A stretch of DNA of 32,000 nucleotides, taken from NCBI GenBank assembly GCA_964394085.1, contig CAYMWF010000014.1, forward strand, positions 27,167 through 59,166. The letters are read 5' to 3'. A program made the translations under genes and the position numbers. The notes under the pieces were generated by a model, which was not told where the DNA came from, searched no databases, and worked only from the letters and a program-made list of their open reading frames with translations. Source of the stretch: an uncultured Gemmatimonadota bacterium. Lineage in GTDB: Bacteria > GCA-2686955 > CAYMWF01. Of the stretch, positions 10,238 to 17,757 are shown in pieces; position 1 is the first letter of the stretch, and each line of letters starts with the position of its first letter.

Positions 10238-11221
10238 ATGAGTGTGAAGATACTGGTTTTCGCTGAAGTAAGGAATGGAGAGATAAAGAAAGCCGCTTTC
10301 GAAGCCCTCGGCGTTGCGGGAAAGGTCGCAGGTGAAGCGGGAGGTTCCGTGGCGGCGGTGATGATCGGTTCCGGCATCGATGGTCTGCACGGCGAACTCG
10401 CGGGTTATGGAGGGACGGAAGTATTCGTCTCGGATAATCCTGTATTGAAAGACTACTCACCGGATGGATATGCTTCGATCATTGCTCAGGTCGCGGGCGA
10501 ACAGGGACACAGCATCATCATGGTGCCTGGTACCGCGATGGGCAAGGATCTGGGGCCTCGCGTGGCGGCCAAGCTCGAAGCAGGTATGGTCAGCGATTGC
10601 ATCTCCCTGGAGTTTGCGGATGGCGAAGTCGTTTATGAACGCCCGGTTTTCGGTGGAAAAGCCGTTGGAAAATACAAGCAGACGGGCGGCGCGCATATCG
10701 TTGCGGGTCTACGACCCAACGTTTTCCCGGTTCCCGATAAAGACGGATCAACGGATATTGCAAAAACCGATGTCCAATTGGATATCGCGGAAGATAAACT
10801 TCTCGCGAAAGTGACTGAAATTCTAAAACCTGAAAGTGAACAGCTCGATGTCACGGAAGCATCAATCGTAATATCAGGCGGCAGGGGGATGAAGGAGCCC
10901 GGCAACTTCAAGATAATCGAAGAACTTGCCGAACTGCTTCAAGGCGCTGTCGGAGCATCCCGAGCGGCCGTCGACGCCGACTGGATCCCTCATGCAAACC
11001 AGGTAGGTCAGACAGGTAAAGTGGTAACACCCGACCTTTATATCGCATGCGGCATTTCAGGCGCAATTCAGCACCAGGCTGGTATGCGCTCGTCGAAATA
11101 CATCATAGCTATCAACAAAGATCCTGACGCACCGATATTCAAGCTCGCGGATTTTGGCATAGTCGGTGATCTGTTCGAGGTTTTGCCGAAGATCAAAGAG
11201 CAGATTGAAGGGCTCGGTTGA
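10238..11221 (+). CDS. etfA: Electron transfer flavoprotein alpha subunit
   Basis: The track ORF starts at 10127; ATG 10238 (MSVKILVFAEVRNGEIKK) is more likely, with upstream AAGGAGA. C-terminal FAD-binding motif SGGRGMKEP ... DLYIACGISGAIQHQAGMRSSKYIIAINKDPDAPIFKLADFGIVGDLF. Confidence 0.95.
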   Translation: MSVKILVFAEVRNGEIKKAAFEALGVAGKVAGEAGGSVAAVMIGSGIDGLHGELAGYGGTEVFVSDNPVLKDYSPDGYASIIAQVAGEQGHSIIMVPGTAMGKDLGPRVAAKLEAGMVSDCISLEFADGEVVYERPVFGGKAVGKYKQTGGAHIVAGLRPNVFPVPDKDGSTDIAKTDVQLDIAEDKLLAKVTEILKPESEQLDVTEASIVISGGRGMKEPGNFKIIEELAELLQGAVGASRAAVDADWIPHANQVGQTGKVVTPDLYIACGISGAIQHQAGMRSSKYIIAINKDPDAPIFKLADFGIVGDLFEVLPKIKEQIEGLG

Positions 11222-11255
11222 TCCTTGTTCAACAAGTGTTGATCTGAATCATGCA

Positions 11256-11300
11256 GGAGGGGGAGCGCTCTACCCAACCGAAACGAAGGGTTCCCCCTCC
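11256..11300. repeat. Inverted repeat / hairpin downstream of etfA (possible terminator or structured element)
   Basis: GGAGGGGGA (11256-11264) pairs with TCCCCCTCC (11292-11300); nested ACCC (11272-11275) pairs with GGGT (11288-11291). No obvious U-tract. Confidence 0.45.
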
Positions 11301-11564
11301 AGTCGACCTCATTCCGGAACAGCCGGTGTGTGAATGGTTGTTTGAGAATCGAATACCCGCCTCGTATTGTTTCATCAGGGCGTCTTCATAAGCTCCCCTC
11401 GTACGAGCTCTTTGCGATGCGCAGAACTGATTATATATCAGGAGGATATAGAAGCATCGCAAATCGATTTACCCCATATTTCCACCATGTTTATTGAACA
11501 TACGGCAGCGGTTTCTGTTCGAGTCGGGAAATTGACCCCATGGATACCGGCACGCTCCAGGCGG

Positions 11565-11717
11565 TGAGGGAGCGTCTTCCCTTCTCCCTGTTTCCGTAAA
11601 GTTGCTTTTCAACCAGGTTCAGAAGATTCGAAAGGAACATGTGTTCCTGAAAAACTCTTGTCCGAACCCCTCCCGGATGACTCCGCTATATCCGCCTGTC
11701 GGAAAGACGCTCCCTCA
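11565..11717. repeat. Long-range inverted repeat in gene-poor interval
   Basis: TGAGGGAGCGTC TTCC (11565-11580) versus GGAA A GACGCTCCCTCA (11701-11717): 12 bp plus 4 bp complementarity with a single-base bulge. Confidence 0.45.
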
Positions 11718-11828
11718 TCGACTCCACGGTGACGGGAACTGGGTAGGGAAACTCTGTAACATATTGAAGTTGTTGCTGGAATTTGGTGGTTGGAAAAAAT
11801 AATATGGCAGCCTGAACTACAAAACCAA

Positions 11829-11847
11829 ACTACCGGATTGGCCGGTA
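11829..11847. repeat. Perfect 7-bp hairpin
   Basis: CTACCGG-ATTGG-CCGGTAG. Confidence 0.4.
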
Positions 11848-11867
11848 GAAGGAGGGAGAATCAGAAT

Positions 11868-11896
11868 GAGCTGATGAGGAGTCTGGTCAAATCAGC
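11868..11896. repeat. Perfect 7-bp inverted repeat
   Basis: AGCTGAT (11868-11874) ... ATCAGCT (11890-11896). Confidence 0.35.
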
Positions 11897-12194
11897 TGCA
11901 TAGATTGAAGACAAAAGCAACGGAGGTCAAGCCGGAGAGAGAAACCTGTACCAAACACCACTATACATCATGATAAATGATACGTCTCCAATATTGTGAA
12001 CTTCAATATCCATGTCGCACTCATCGAATAAGCTGCAATACCGGGGAAAGAGATGACTCCCTGGATAAATCCCTTAAAAAACACCTGCAGCGCAAATAGC
12101 TCCGTACAGGTAAACCTTGACATATCCATTCAAAACTTGCGGCTTGATCAATTACAGTCGGCCAAGTCGACTTGATTTCGAGTGAACCAGGATA

Positions 12195-12521
12195 TCAATT
12201 CATGTGGAAACGACGGATGTTGAACGGAAGAGAATCATCGGTAACCGACTGAAAAGGGTCATTCTCATGAATCATTTCATCCGGTCGCCTATCCCGAAGT
12301 TTATTTTCAGGCGCTTGTCCCTGCCACACATCGGCCATGATCTGTTTGATGCGTCCCGAGAGAAAAATCCGGATTTTACGGTAATTCCTTTCAGGAGCTC
12401 GGGCCGGTGCCGGCTGGGGTAAAAAGCAGGAGGTAACAGCAATAGCAAGAAGAGACGGAAAAAACAACGGAACGAATATCCATGAAAGATATTTGTTCTG
12501 TGCATGCATGCTCGTGTTCAT
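12195..12521 (-). CDS. Hypothetical small protein with possible lipoprotein-like N terminus (may be spurious)
   Basis: 108 aa minus-strand ORF in an otherwise empty interval. Hydrophobic stretch WIFVPLFFPSLLAIAVTSC could be a lipobox-like signal, and GAGG lies upstream of ATG. No recognised family; the two other overlapping ORFs make it doubtful. Confidence 0.15.
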   Translation of the reverse strand: MNTSMHAQNKYLSWIFVPLFFPSLLAIAVTSCFLPQPAPARAPERNYRKIRIFLSGRIKQIMADVWQGQAPENKLRDRRPDEMIHENDPFQSVTDDSLPFNIRRFHMN

Positions 12522-12668
12522 CAGTTTTCCTCAGCACCCTGTCTCTTTTACCGTGTTAGAATATTGCAACTGGCATGCCGGAAGAGGAACGAGGTCAAGT
12601 TATGCTGTAATGCAATGATTTAAAATACGTTACGGAGAATTCGTTTAATCGCCGGGTTCATTTCCCCT

Positions 12669-12822
12669 GGGTGAATTGCAGATGTCAATGCATAATGCAC
12701 TATCACCCGATAACATCCTGGATGGGTCTTTTACCGCAGAAGGCTGGGTGAAACAGCCCATGCAAACCGGTTCTACCCCGGTTTGTGAGAGCGGTTTCAC
12801 ATTTGTGGATCGCGTAACCCAC
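12669..12822 (+). promoter_or_regulatory. Cluster of hairpins/inverted repeats upstream of the polysaccharide export operon (operator/UAS or structured RNA)
   Basis: GGGTGA-at-TGCA...TGCA-cta-TCACCC (12669-12718); GGCTG...CAGCC (12742-12758); CAAACCGG-TTCTACC-CCGGTTTG (12763-12785); GTGAGA-gcgg-TTTCAC (12785-12800); GTGG...CCAC (12805-12822). Confidence 0.4.
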
Positions 12823-12869
12823 TTATTTACCAATGATTAAACATTCCTTAACCACTTTCTTCAGACATG

Positions 12870-12885
12870 TGGTATACAATTTGCA
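12870..12885 (+). promoter_or_regulatory. Candidate sigma-54 (-24/-12) promoter
   Basis: TGGTATACAATTTGCA against consensus TGGCACG-N4-TTGCA. GG (12871-12872) and GC (12883-12884) have the diagnostic 10-nt spacing. It is 55 nt upstream of the export gene start. Confidence 0.45.
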
Positions 12886-12939
12886 CAAACTCGAGCTAAG
12901 TTGAATACTATGGGATAGTTGCCCGATGGGGAGAGCCGA

Positions 12940-13593
12940 ATGAAAATGAGAAAATTAATCACCACCTGCTTCGCCCTGATCCTTCTCCTTCCGAATGTAT
13001 CTTTGTGTGCCAACGGCGATTATGAAATTCAGGGTGGAGACAGGCTTTATATCGAAGTAATGGATCATACGGAATTGAGTAAAAGCGTAACAGTAAGACC
13101 GGATGGCAAAATATCTTTTCCTCTCATCGGGGATATCTATGCCCGCGGTTTCACTGTAACGCACCTGCAGGAAGTGCTGACGGAAAAACTCGCAGATTAT
13201 GTCCGAGGTACTCACGTCACGGTATTCGTCGAAAGATTTTTCTTCAGCCATGTGCTCGTACTCGGTGCCGTAAAGAATCCAGGCCCGCTTGAAATTTTCG
13301 GTCCTGTGGATGTCATCCAGGTACTGGGAATGACCGAATCGGAAGACAGGGAACCGAAGCGCATCAGGATAATTAGGAAAAATGGAGATGTTACGACGGT
13401 GAGCCTCACCTCCGTGTGGAAGCAGGGGGGTGTGATACAGCACCGGGAAGATTTGCTTCTGCATCCCGGGGATACAATGATCGTTTACGAGAATACGAAA
13501 CTCACCTGGGAGATGATCATGCGTGTAATTATTCTAACGACATTCTTTATGACTGCCTACAATTTCACATATACAGTTACAACCCGCGATTAA
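12940..13593 (+). CDS. Polysaccharide export (Wza/OPX-like) protein, small form
   Basis: The track ORF starts at TTG 12919; ATG 12940 follows GGGGAGAG and gives the signal peptide MKMRKLITTCFALILLLPNVSLCA. Poly_export motif YEIQGGDRLYIEVMDHTELSKSVTVRPDGKISFPLIGDIYARGFTV, an SLBB-like segment VLVLGAVKNPGPLEI, and a hydrophobic C-terminal segment. Confidence 0.85.
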   Translation: MKMRKLITTCFALILLLPNVSLCANGDYEIQGGDRLYIEVMDHTELSKSVTVRPDGKISFPLIGDIYARGFTVTHLQEVLTEKLADYVRGTHVTVFVERFFFSHVLVLGAVKNPGPLEIFGPVDVIQVLGMTESEDREPKRIRIIRKNGDVTTVSLTSVWKQGGVIQHREDLLLHPGDTMIVYENTKLTWEMIMRVIILTTFFMTAYNFTYTVTTRD

Positions 13594-13622
13594 ATTGAAC
13601 TTCAGATCAGAGGTGAAAAACC

Positions 13623-15758
13623 ATGACAGAAAAGACTGACAGAATGAAGAGAATCAAGGAGTTCCTGCCGGAACGAGGTGGAGAGGCGGCATCCGCGCCT
13701 AAAGATACACCTTTCGACATCCGGCAGTACTACTCGGTTCTCATGCGGCGGAAAGGGCTGATACTCCTGGTAACGGCACTTTTCTGTTTCGTATCGATTT
13801 ACCATTCACTCAGCAATGTTCCGGTATACCAGTCCACGGCAAAGCTGCTCCTCGAGTCCGGGGGCGGGCTGGTGGTTCTCAACCAGAAGCTGACCTATGT
13901 GCCGGGGTACTCGATGAACACATTCATCGAAATTATGAAATCTCCGATGGTGCTCGGTAAAATAATCGATCGGCTGAACCTGGATATGACACCCAAGCAG
14001 CTGTTGAACCATGTCCAGTACCAGCCGAATCAGAATTCGAACATTCTGAGCATATCAGTAACCCATCCTGATGACAGGTTGGCCAAGGGCATTGCCCAGA
14101 CCGCAGCCGAGCTTGCCGTGGAAGAAGTCAATAACATCTATAACGCTTCCACTACCAACGCATACAATACAATCAATGAGCAGCTCGAAATAACCAAGGT
14201 CCAGTTGATGAAGGCCGAGGAGAGCATCAAAGAATTCCTCGCATCGAAGGGTTACAGGAATATCAAGAGCGAAACGACTGCCAAGCTCTCCCGTCTGGCC
14301 AACCTTACCTCCCGATACAACGATTCAAGGGTCGAGATGAACACCAATTCCAAAGTGCTGGAATACCAGCGGACGACACTTGAAGAAACGCCGGATCTCA
14401 TTCTTAAGGAACAGACGATTACAACGCCAATCCAGATGGAAATCGTCAAGCTGGAGACCGAGCTGGCCAAGAGTCGGATAAGCTATTCCGAAAACCACCC
14501 CAAGGTGCAGTCTCTCGTCGGTAATATCGAAGCCCTGAGAGAGCTGATCGGAAACGGAGTCGAAGATGATCTGACCGTGGAAACGGTTGGTGAAAATCCG
14601 GTGAAGCAAGCACTGCTGAATGAGATTAACCTGCGGAAGTCCGAACAGGTGCAGTCTCATGCAAGACAGACTGAGCTTGCACGGTTGATCGATGAGGTCG
14701 AGTCAAGGTTGAGAAACGCACCTTCCGATGAATTGACCCTCGCCCGCCTCGAGCGTGAGAAAAAAGGACTCGAGAATACGTACTTCTCGCTTCTGTCTAA
14801 ATTCGAGGAAGCGAGAATGATGAAAGATACATCCGCCGGCAACCTGAGCATTCTCGAAGAGGCGGATCTCGTCGGCCCCATCCGTGACAATATTTTCGTC
14901 AACCTGCTGTACGCACTTATCCTCGGGCAGATCATCGGAGGGATCCTGGCGGTAATAATCGACACCCTCGACCCGAGAATCAAGTTCAGCTCCAAGATCG
15001 AGGATTCTCTCGGGATACCCGTCCTGGGTCTCATTCCCGATTTGAGAGAAGATGAGCGTTTCGTAAGGTTCGATTCACCGAAATCGAGGATTACGGAAGC
15101 TTACCATATAATAAAATCGAACATCAATAACGCCATGCCGAAAGACCGGGCATGGACCCTCATGGTGACAAGCGCCTTCCAGGGTGAAGGCAAAACGCTC
15201 ATGAGCACCAACCTGGCTACCGCGATGGCGCTTACCGGCAAACCGACCGTACTTATCGATGCGGATATGAGACGCACCTATCTCCATGAGCGCTTTAAAC
15301 TTCAAAAACATGGTGGTCTGTCGGAATATCTCTTAGGCGAGGCAGGGCTCGAAGATATACTGAAAGACACGGATGTCCCCAGCCTGAAAGTCATTACAGC
15401 GGGCAGAAAACCTCAGAATCCGGCTCAATTGCTCCATTCACCCGAGATAACCAGGCTCTTCGAAGATCTGATCAAGCGAGGTTACTATGTAATAGTCGAC
15501 TCACCGGCTCTTCTGCCGATTGTCGATTCATCCATCATGGCAACATACGTAGACGGTGTAATACTGGTATTCAAAGAAGAATCCACCAGGAAATACACCG
15601 CACAGAAGACGATTGAAAGAATGGTTCGGATCGGTGCGAACATCACCGGCTCGATTTTAAACCAGGCTTCAATCAAGGGATACGGTTACTATTACTACTA
15701 CGGATACCGGTATGGGTACGACTATGGGTATTCCGAAAAAATGGAAACCGGCGCCTGA
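13623..15758 (+). CDS. Wzz chain-length determinant fused to BY-kinase (tyrosine autokinase)
   Basis: N-terminal Wzz domain with TM (FDIRQYYSVLMRRKGLILLVTALFCFVSIY), long coiled region, second TM, then a kinase with Walker A SAFQGEGKTLMSTNLATAMA, Walker A' VLIDADMRR, Walker B-like YVIVDSPALLPIVD, and a C-terminal tyrosine cluster. Confidence 0.93.
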   Translation: MTEKTDRMKRIKEFLPERGGEAASAPKDTPFDIRQYYSVLMRRKGLILLVTALFCFVSIYHSLSNVPVYQSTAKLLLESGGGLVVLNQKLTYVPGYSMNTFIEIMKSPMVLGKIIDRLNLDMTPKQLLNHVQYQPNQNSNILSISVTHPDDRLAKGIAQTAAELAVEEVNNIYNASTTNAYNTINEQLEITKVQLMKAEESIKEFLASKGYRNIKSETTAKLSRLANLTSRYNDSRVEMNTNSKVLEYQRTTLEETPDLILKEQTITTPIQMEIVKLETELAKSRISYSENHPKVQSLVGNIEALRELIGNGVEDDLTVETVGENPVKQALLNEINLRKSEQVQSHARQTELARLIDEVESRLRNAPSDELTLARLEREKKGLENTYFSLLSKFEEARMMKDTSAGNLSILEEADLVGPIRDNIFVNLLYALILGQIIGGILAVIIDTLDPRIKFSSKIEDSLGIPVLGLIPDLREDERFVRFDSPKSRITEAYHIIKSNINNAMPKDRAWTLMVTSAFQGEGKTLMSTNLATAMALTGKPTVLIDADMRRTYLHERFKLQKHGGLSEYLLGEAGLEDILKDTDVPSLKVITAGRKPQNPAQLLHSPEITRLFEDLIKRGYYVIVDSPALLPIVDSSIMATYVDGVILVFKEESTRKYTAQKTIERMVRIGANITGSILNQASIKGYGYYYYYGYRYGYDYGYSEKMETGA

Positions 15759-15789
15759 TTTATTTGAGTTCTCGATATTACACCTGTTA

Positions 15790-15819
15790 GTTCCGGTTTC
15801 CTTCGGTGGAAACCGGAAC
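15790..15819 (+). terminator. Strong stem-loop between polysaccharide and motor cassettes, likely terminator
   Basis: Perfect 12-bp stem GTTCCGGTTTCC-TTCGGT-GGAAACCGGAAC, 31 nt after the upstream stop codon. The following sequence is AT-rich (AAGTTATTGAT) but not a classic U-tract. Confidence 0.65.
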
Positions 15820-15942
15820 AAGTTATTGATAAAAGAACAGGGTCACACCAAATTGGGATTCGTCGCAAAGCGATCAAACAATTGAATTGAATACGAAATT
15901 TCTGTAGGATGCGGTTTGATCGCTGAATTCACGGGAGGAAAT

Positions 15943-17508
15943 ATGAATAGAAGGGACTGCCTGCGTATTATTTTTTCACTGGTCATACTCTCATTTACGG
16001 TCTTGACAGCGACAGCCCAGATGGTGAGCGGCGGTTCGGATGACGATAACCGGCAGGCTGAAAGAGGCAAACTCGGTCTTTTCGAAGCCGAGTATGAAGG
16101 CGAGTTCGGCCGGCAGCTCGAATCCAAATTGATGAAGCTTACCGGGAGTGAATATTTTCTGGTGCAGGTGGATATCTCACTCTATGCAGAACAGGACAGA
16201 GATCGTTTCGGCGGCATGACCTATGATAACAGGGCGTCCTTGCCCGGATTACCCGTATCACGATCGACGGAGGTGGATGAAGGCAGCGAAAATTATTTCA
16301 TCTCATCGATGAATATTCAACTTTTTTACGATGAGAGCATTGATCAGGAAATTCTAGCCGAAGCCAGAAAATGGGTGCCTTACTGGCTTCCTACGGACAA
16401 TGCCAATCTCGAATTCATTCCCGTGACCTTTAACAGAGAACTCGGCTATGCGGACCGTCTGAAAATGTTTTTCATGTCACTGGCCGGAGTCGTTTTCGCA
16501 CTGCTTCTTCTCCTGGGTTTGTTCCTTCTATTCAAAATGATTTCGAAAACTTTGAAGTCCGCGCTCAGGGAAGGGAGTGACATGGACGCCAGTCTGATCA
16601 GTGAAACAGAAGGTGGTGGAGCGCCGACGCCCGGATCCGGGGTCGGCGGCGATCAGGGGGATGGTGATGGGGCTGGTGGAGCCGGTTCGTCTTCACTCAG
16701 TGATCTGGCCGAGCAGCTGGGTGACGCCGAATCCCTTGACGGATTATCGGGAATGATGGGTGGCGGACCCCAAAAATCGCAAGCGAGGAAATCGAAAGTG
16801 AGACCATTACACGAAAAATCTTTTGCGTTTCTGCTGAACTTGTCAGACGAGCAGATACTGAGCCTTATAAGAGAGTTACCCCCACAGCACATCGCGGTTG
16901 TACTGTCAAGTTTTATTCCCGAACGGGCCAGCGCTCTTTTCAGGATGCTGGACAGCGATCAGCAAATGACGATTGCCGAGCTTCTTGCAGATGAAGATAC
17001 GATACAGAGCGAAGAGCTTCTCCAATTAAAGGAACTGCTGCAGGAGCGTCTCCGCAGCAGGTTCATAGAACCGATGGAAGTGAGCAGGGGAGGAGAAGGC
17101 TTTTTCTCTTCACTTACTTCGCATCTCGACCTGGGTCTGCTCTCCAATCTCGTGGATAATCTCAAAGATCGCAACCCGGACCTTGCGCGGCAGATACGAA
17201 AGAAGCTGTTTCTGTTTGAGGATACTGTACAGCTCGAGGATAATGCGATAAGGATGATAATACAGGCAATCGATTTGAAGGTGCTCGCATTGGCATTGAG
17301 AGATTCGTCACTGGAGGTTAAGGATAAATTCATCCGGAACTGTTCGGACAGGGTACAGGACATAATCGAGGAAGAGCTTGAGATAAGTGTCTCTCAGCCG
17401 AATGAACTTGCCGAGCTTGCGCAAATTGAAGTCGTTAAACTAGTGAGGAATCTTGCAGAGGCCGGCCGGATCGAACTTCCGGTCGCCAATGAATTACCAA
17501 TTCAGTAA
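15943..17508 (+). CDS. FliF C-terminal-like / FliG-like chimeric membrane rotor protein
   Basis: The track ORF starts at 15916; ATG 15943 has upstream GGAGGAA. Signal peptide (MNRRDCLRIIFSLVILSFTVLTATAQ). FliF-C-like segment LESKLMKLTGSEYFLVQVDISLYAEQDRD..., TM MFFMSLAGVVFALLLLLGLFLLFKMI, Gly-rich linker, then FliG M/C domains (RELPPQHIAVVLSSFIPERASALFRML ... LFEDTVQLEDNAIRMIIQAIDLKVLALALRDSSLEVKDKFIRNCSDRVQDIIEEELE). Confidence 0.8.
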   Translation: MNRRDCLRIIFSLVILSFTVLTATAQMVSGGSDDDNRQAERGKLGLFEAEYEGEFGRQLESKLMKLTGSEYFLVQVDISLYAEQDRDRFGGMTYDNRASLPGLPVSRSTEVDEGSENYFISSMNIQLFYDESIDQEILAEARKWVPYWLPTDNANLEFIPVTFNRELGYADRLKMFFMSLAGVVFALLLLLGLFLLFKMISKTLKSALREGSDMDASLISETEGGGAPTPGSGVGGDQGDGDGAGGAGSSSLSDLAEQLGDAESLDGLSGMMGGGPQKSQARKSKVRPLHEKSFAFLLNLSDEQILSLIRELPPQHIAVVLSSFIPERASALFRMLDSDQQMTIAELLADEDTIQSEELLQLKELLQERLRSRFIEPMEVSRGGEGFFSSLTSHLDLGLLSNLVDNLKDRNPDLARQIRKKLFLFEDTVQLEDNAIRMIIQAIDLKVLALALRDSSLEVKDKFIRNCSDRVQDIIEEELEISVSQPNELAELAQIEVVKLVRNLAEAGRIELPVANELPIQ

Positions 17509-17529
17509 ATAACCGGAGGATAGTCGCCG

Positions 17530-17739
17530 ATGATCACGATTCATAGGCTGGACGGAACAGAACTGGTTTTAAATGCGGAACTTATCGAGAATCTGGAACG
17601 AAAGCCCGACACAATTATCACCTTGACCAACGGCAAACGCCTGGTTGCGAAAGAAAGTGTCGAGGATATTTGTGATCTGGTGATTGAATACAGGCGAACG
17701 GTTTACAGCCGGAAGAGAGATAAGGATGCAGGGGTCTGA
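17530..17739 (+). CDS. flbD: FlbD family protein
   Basis: 69 aa. MITIHRLDGTELVLNAELIENLERKPDTIITLTNGKRLVAKESVEDI matches the FlbD pattern and lies directly upstream of motA. Confidence 0.88.
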   Translation: MITIHRLDGTELVLNAELIENLERKPDTIITLTNGKRLVAKESVEDICDLVIEYRRTVYSRKRDKDAGV

Positions 17740-17757
17740 AAAAACAGGAGCTGAGTT

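Noticed and set aside
11367-11802. Small plus-strand ORFs 11367..11567 and 11602..11802.
   Set aside because: They have no recognisable domain, no clear ribosome-binding site and no coherent composition. They are not supported as genes.
11871-11890. CTGATGA motif resembling the hammerhead ribozyme core (CTGATGAGGAGTCTGGTCAAA).
   Set aside because: The second core element should be GAAA after stem II, but here it is CAAA, and no convincing three-helix arrangement forms. It is better explained as part of the simple inverted repeat AGCTGAT...ATCAGCT.
12204-12505. ORFs 12204..12422 (+) and 12272..12505 (-) overlapping the minus-strand 12195..12521 ORF.
   Set aside because: Three mutually overlapping frames with no family signature indicate chance open frames. 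Only the 12195..12521 ORF is listed, at low confidence, because of its lipobox-like start.
12669-12822. Possible known riboswitch (c-di-GMP, TPP, cobalamin or guanidine types).
   Set aside because: I looked for the conserved cores of these classes from memory and none matched. It is kept only as an unassigned structured or operator region.
16959-17363. Minus-strand 134-aa ORF antisense to the FliG-like region.
   Set aside because: It is Ser/Arg-rich with low-complexity composition typical of the antisense frame of a real gene. The sense strand has clear FliG homology.
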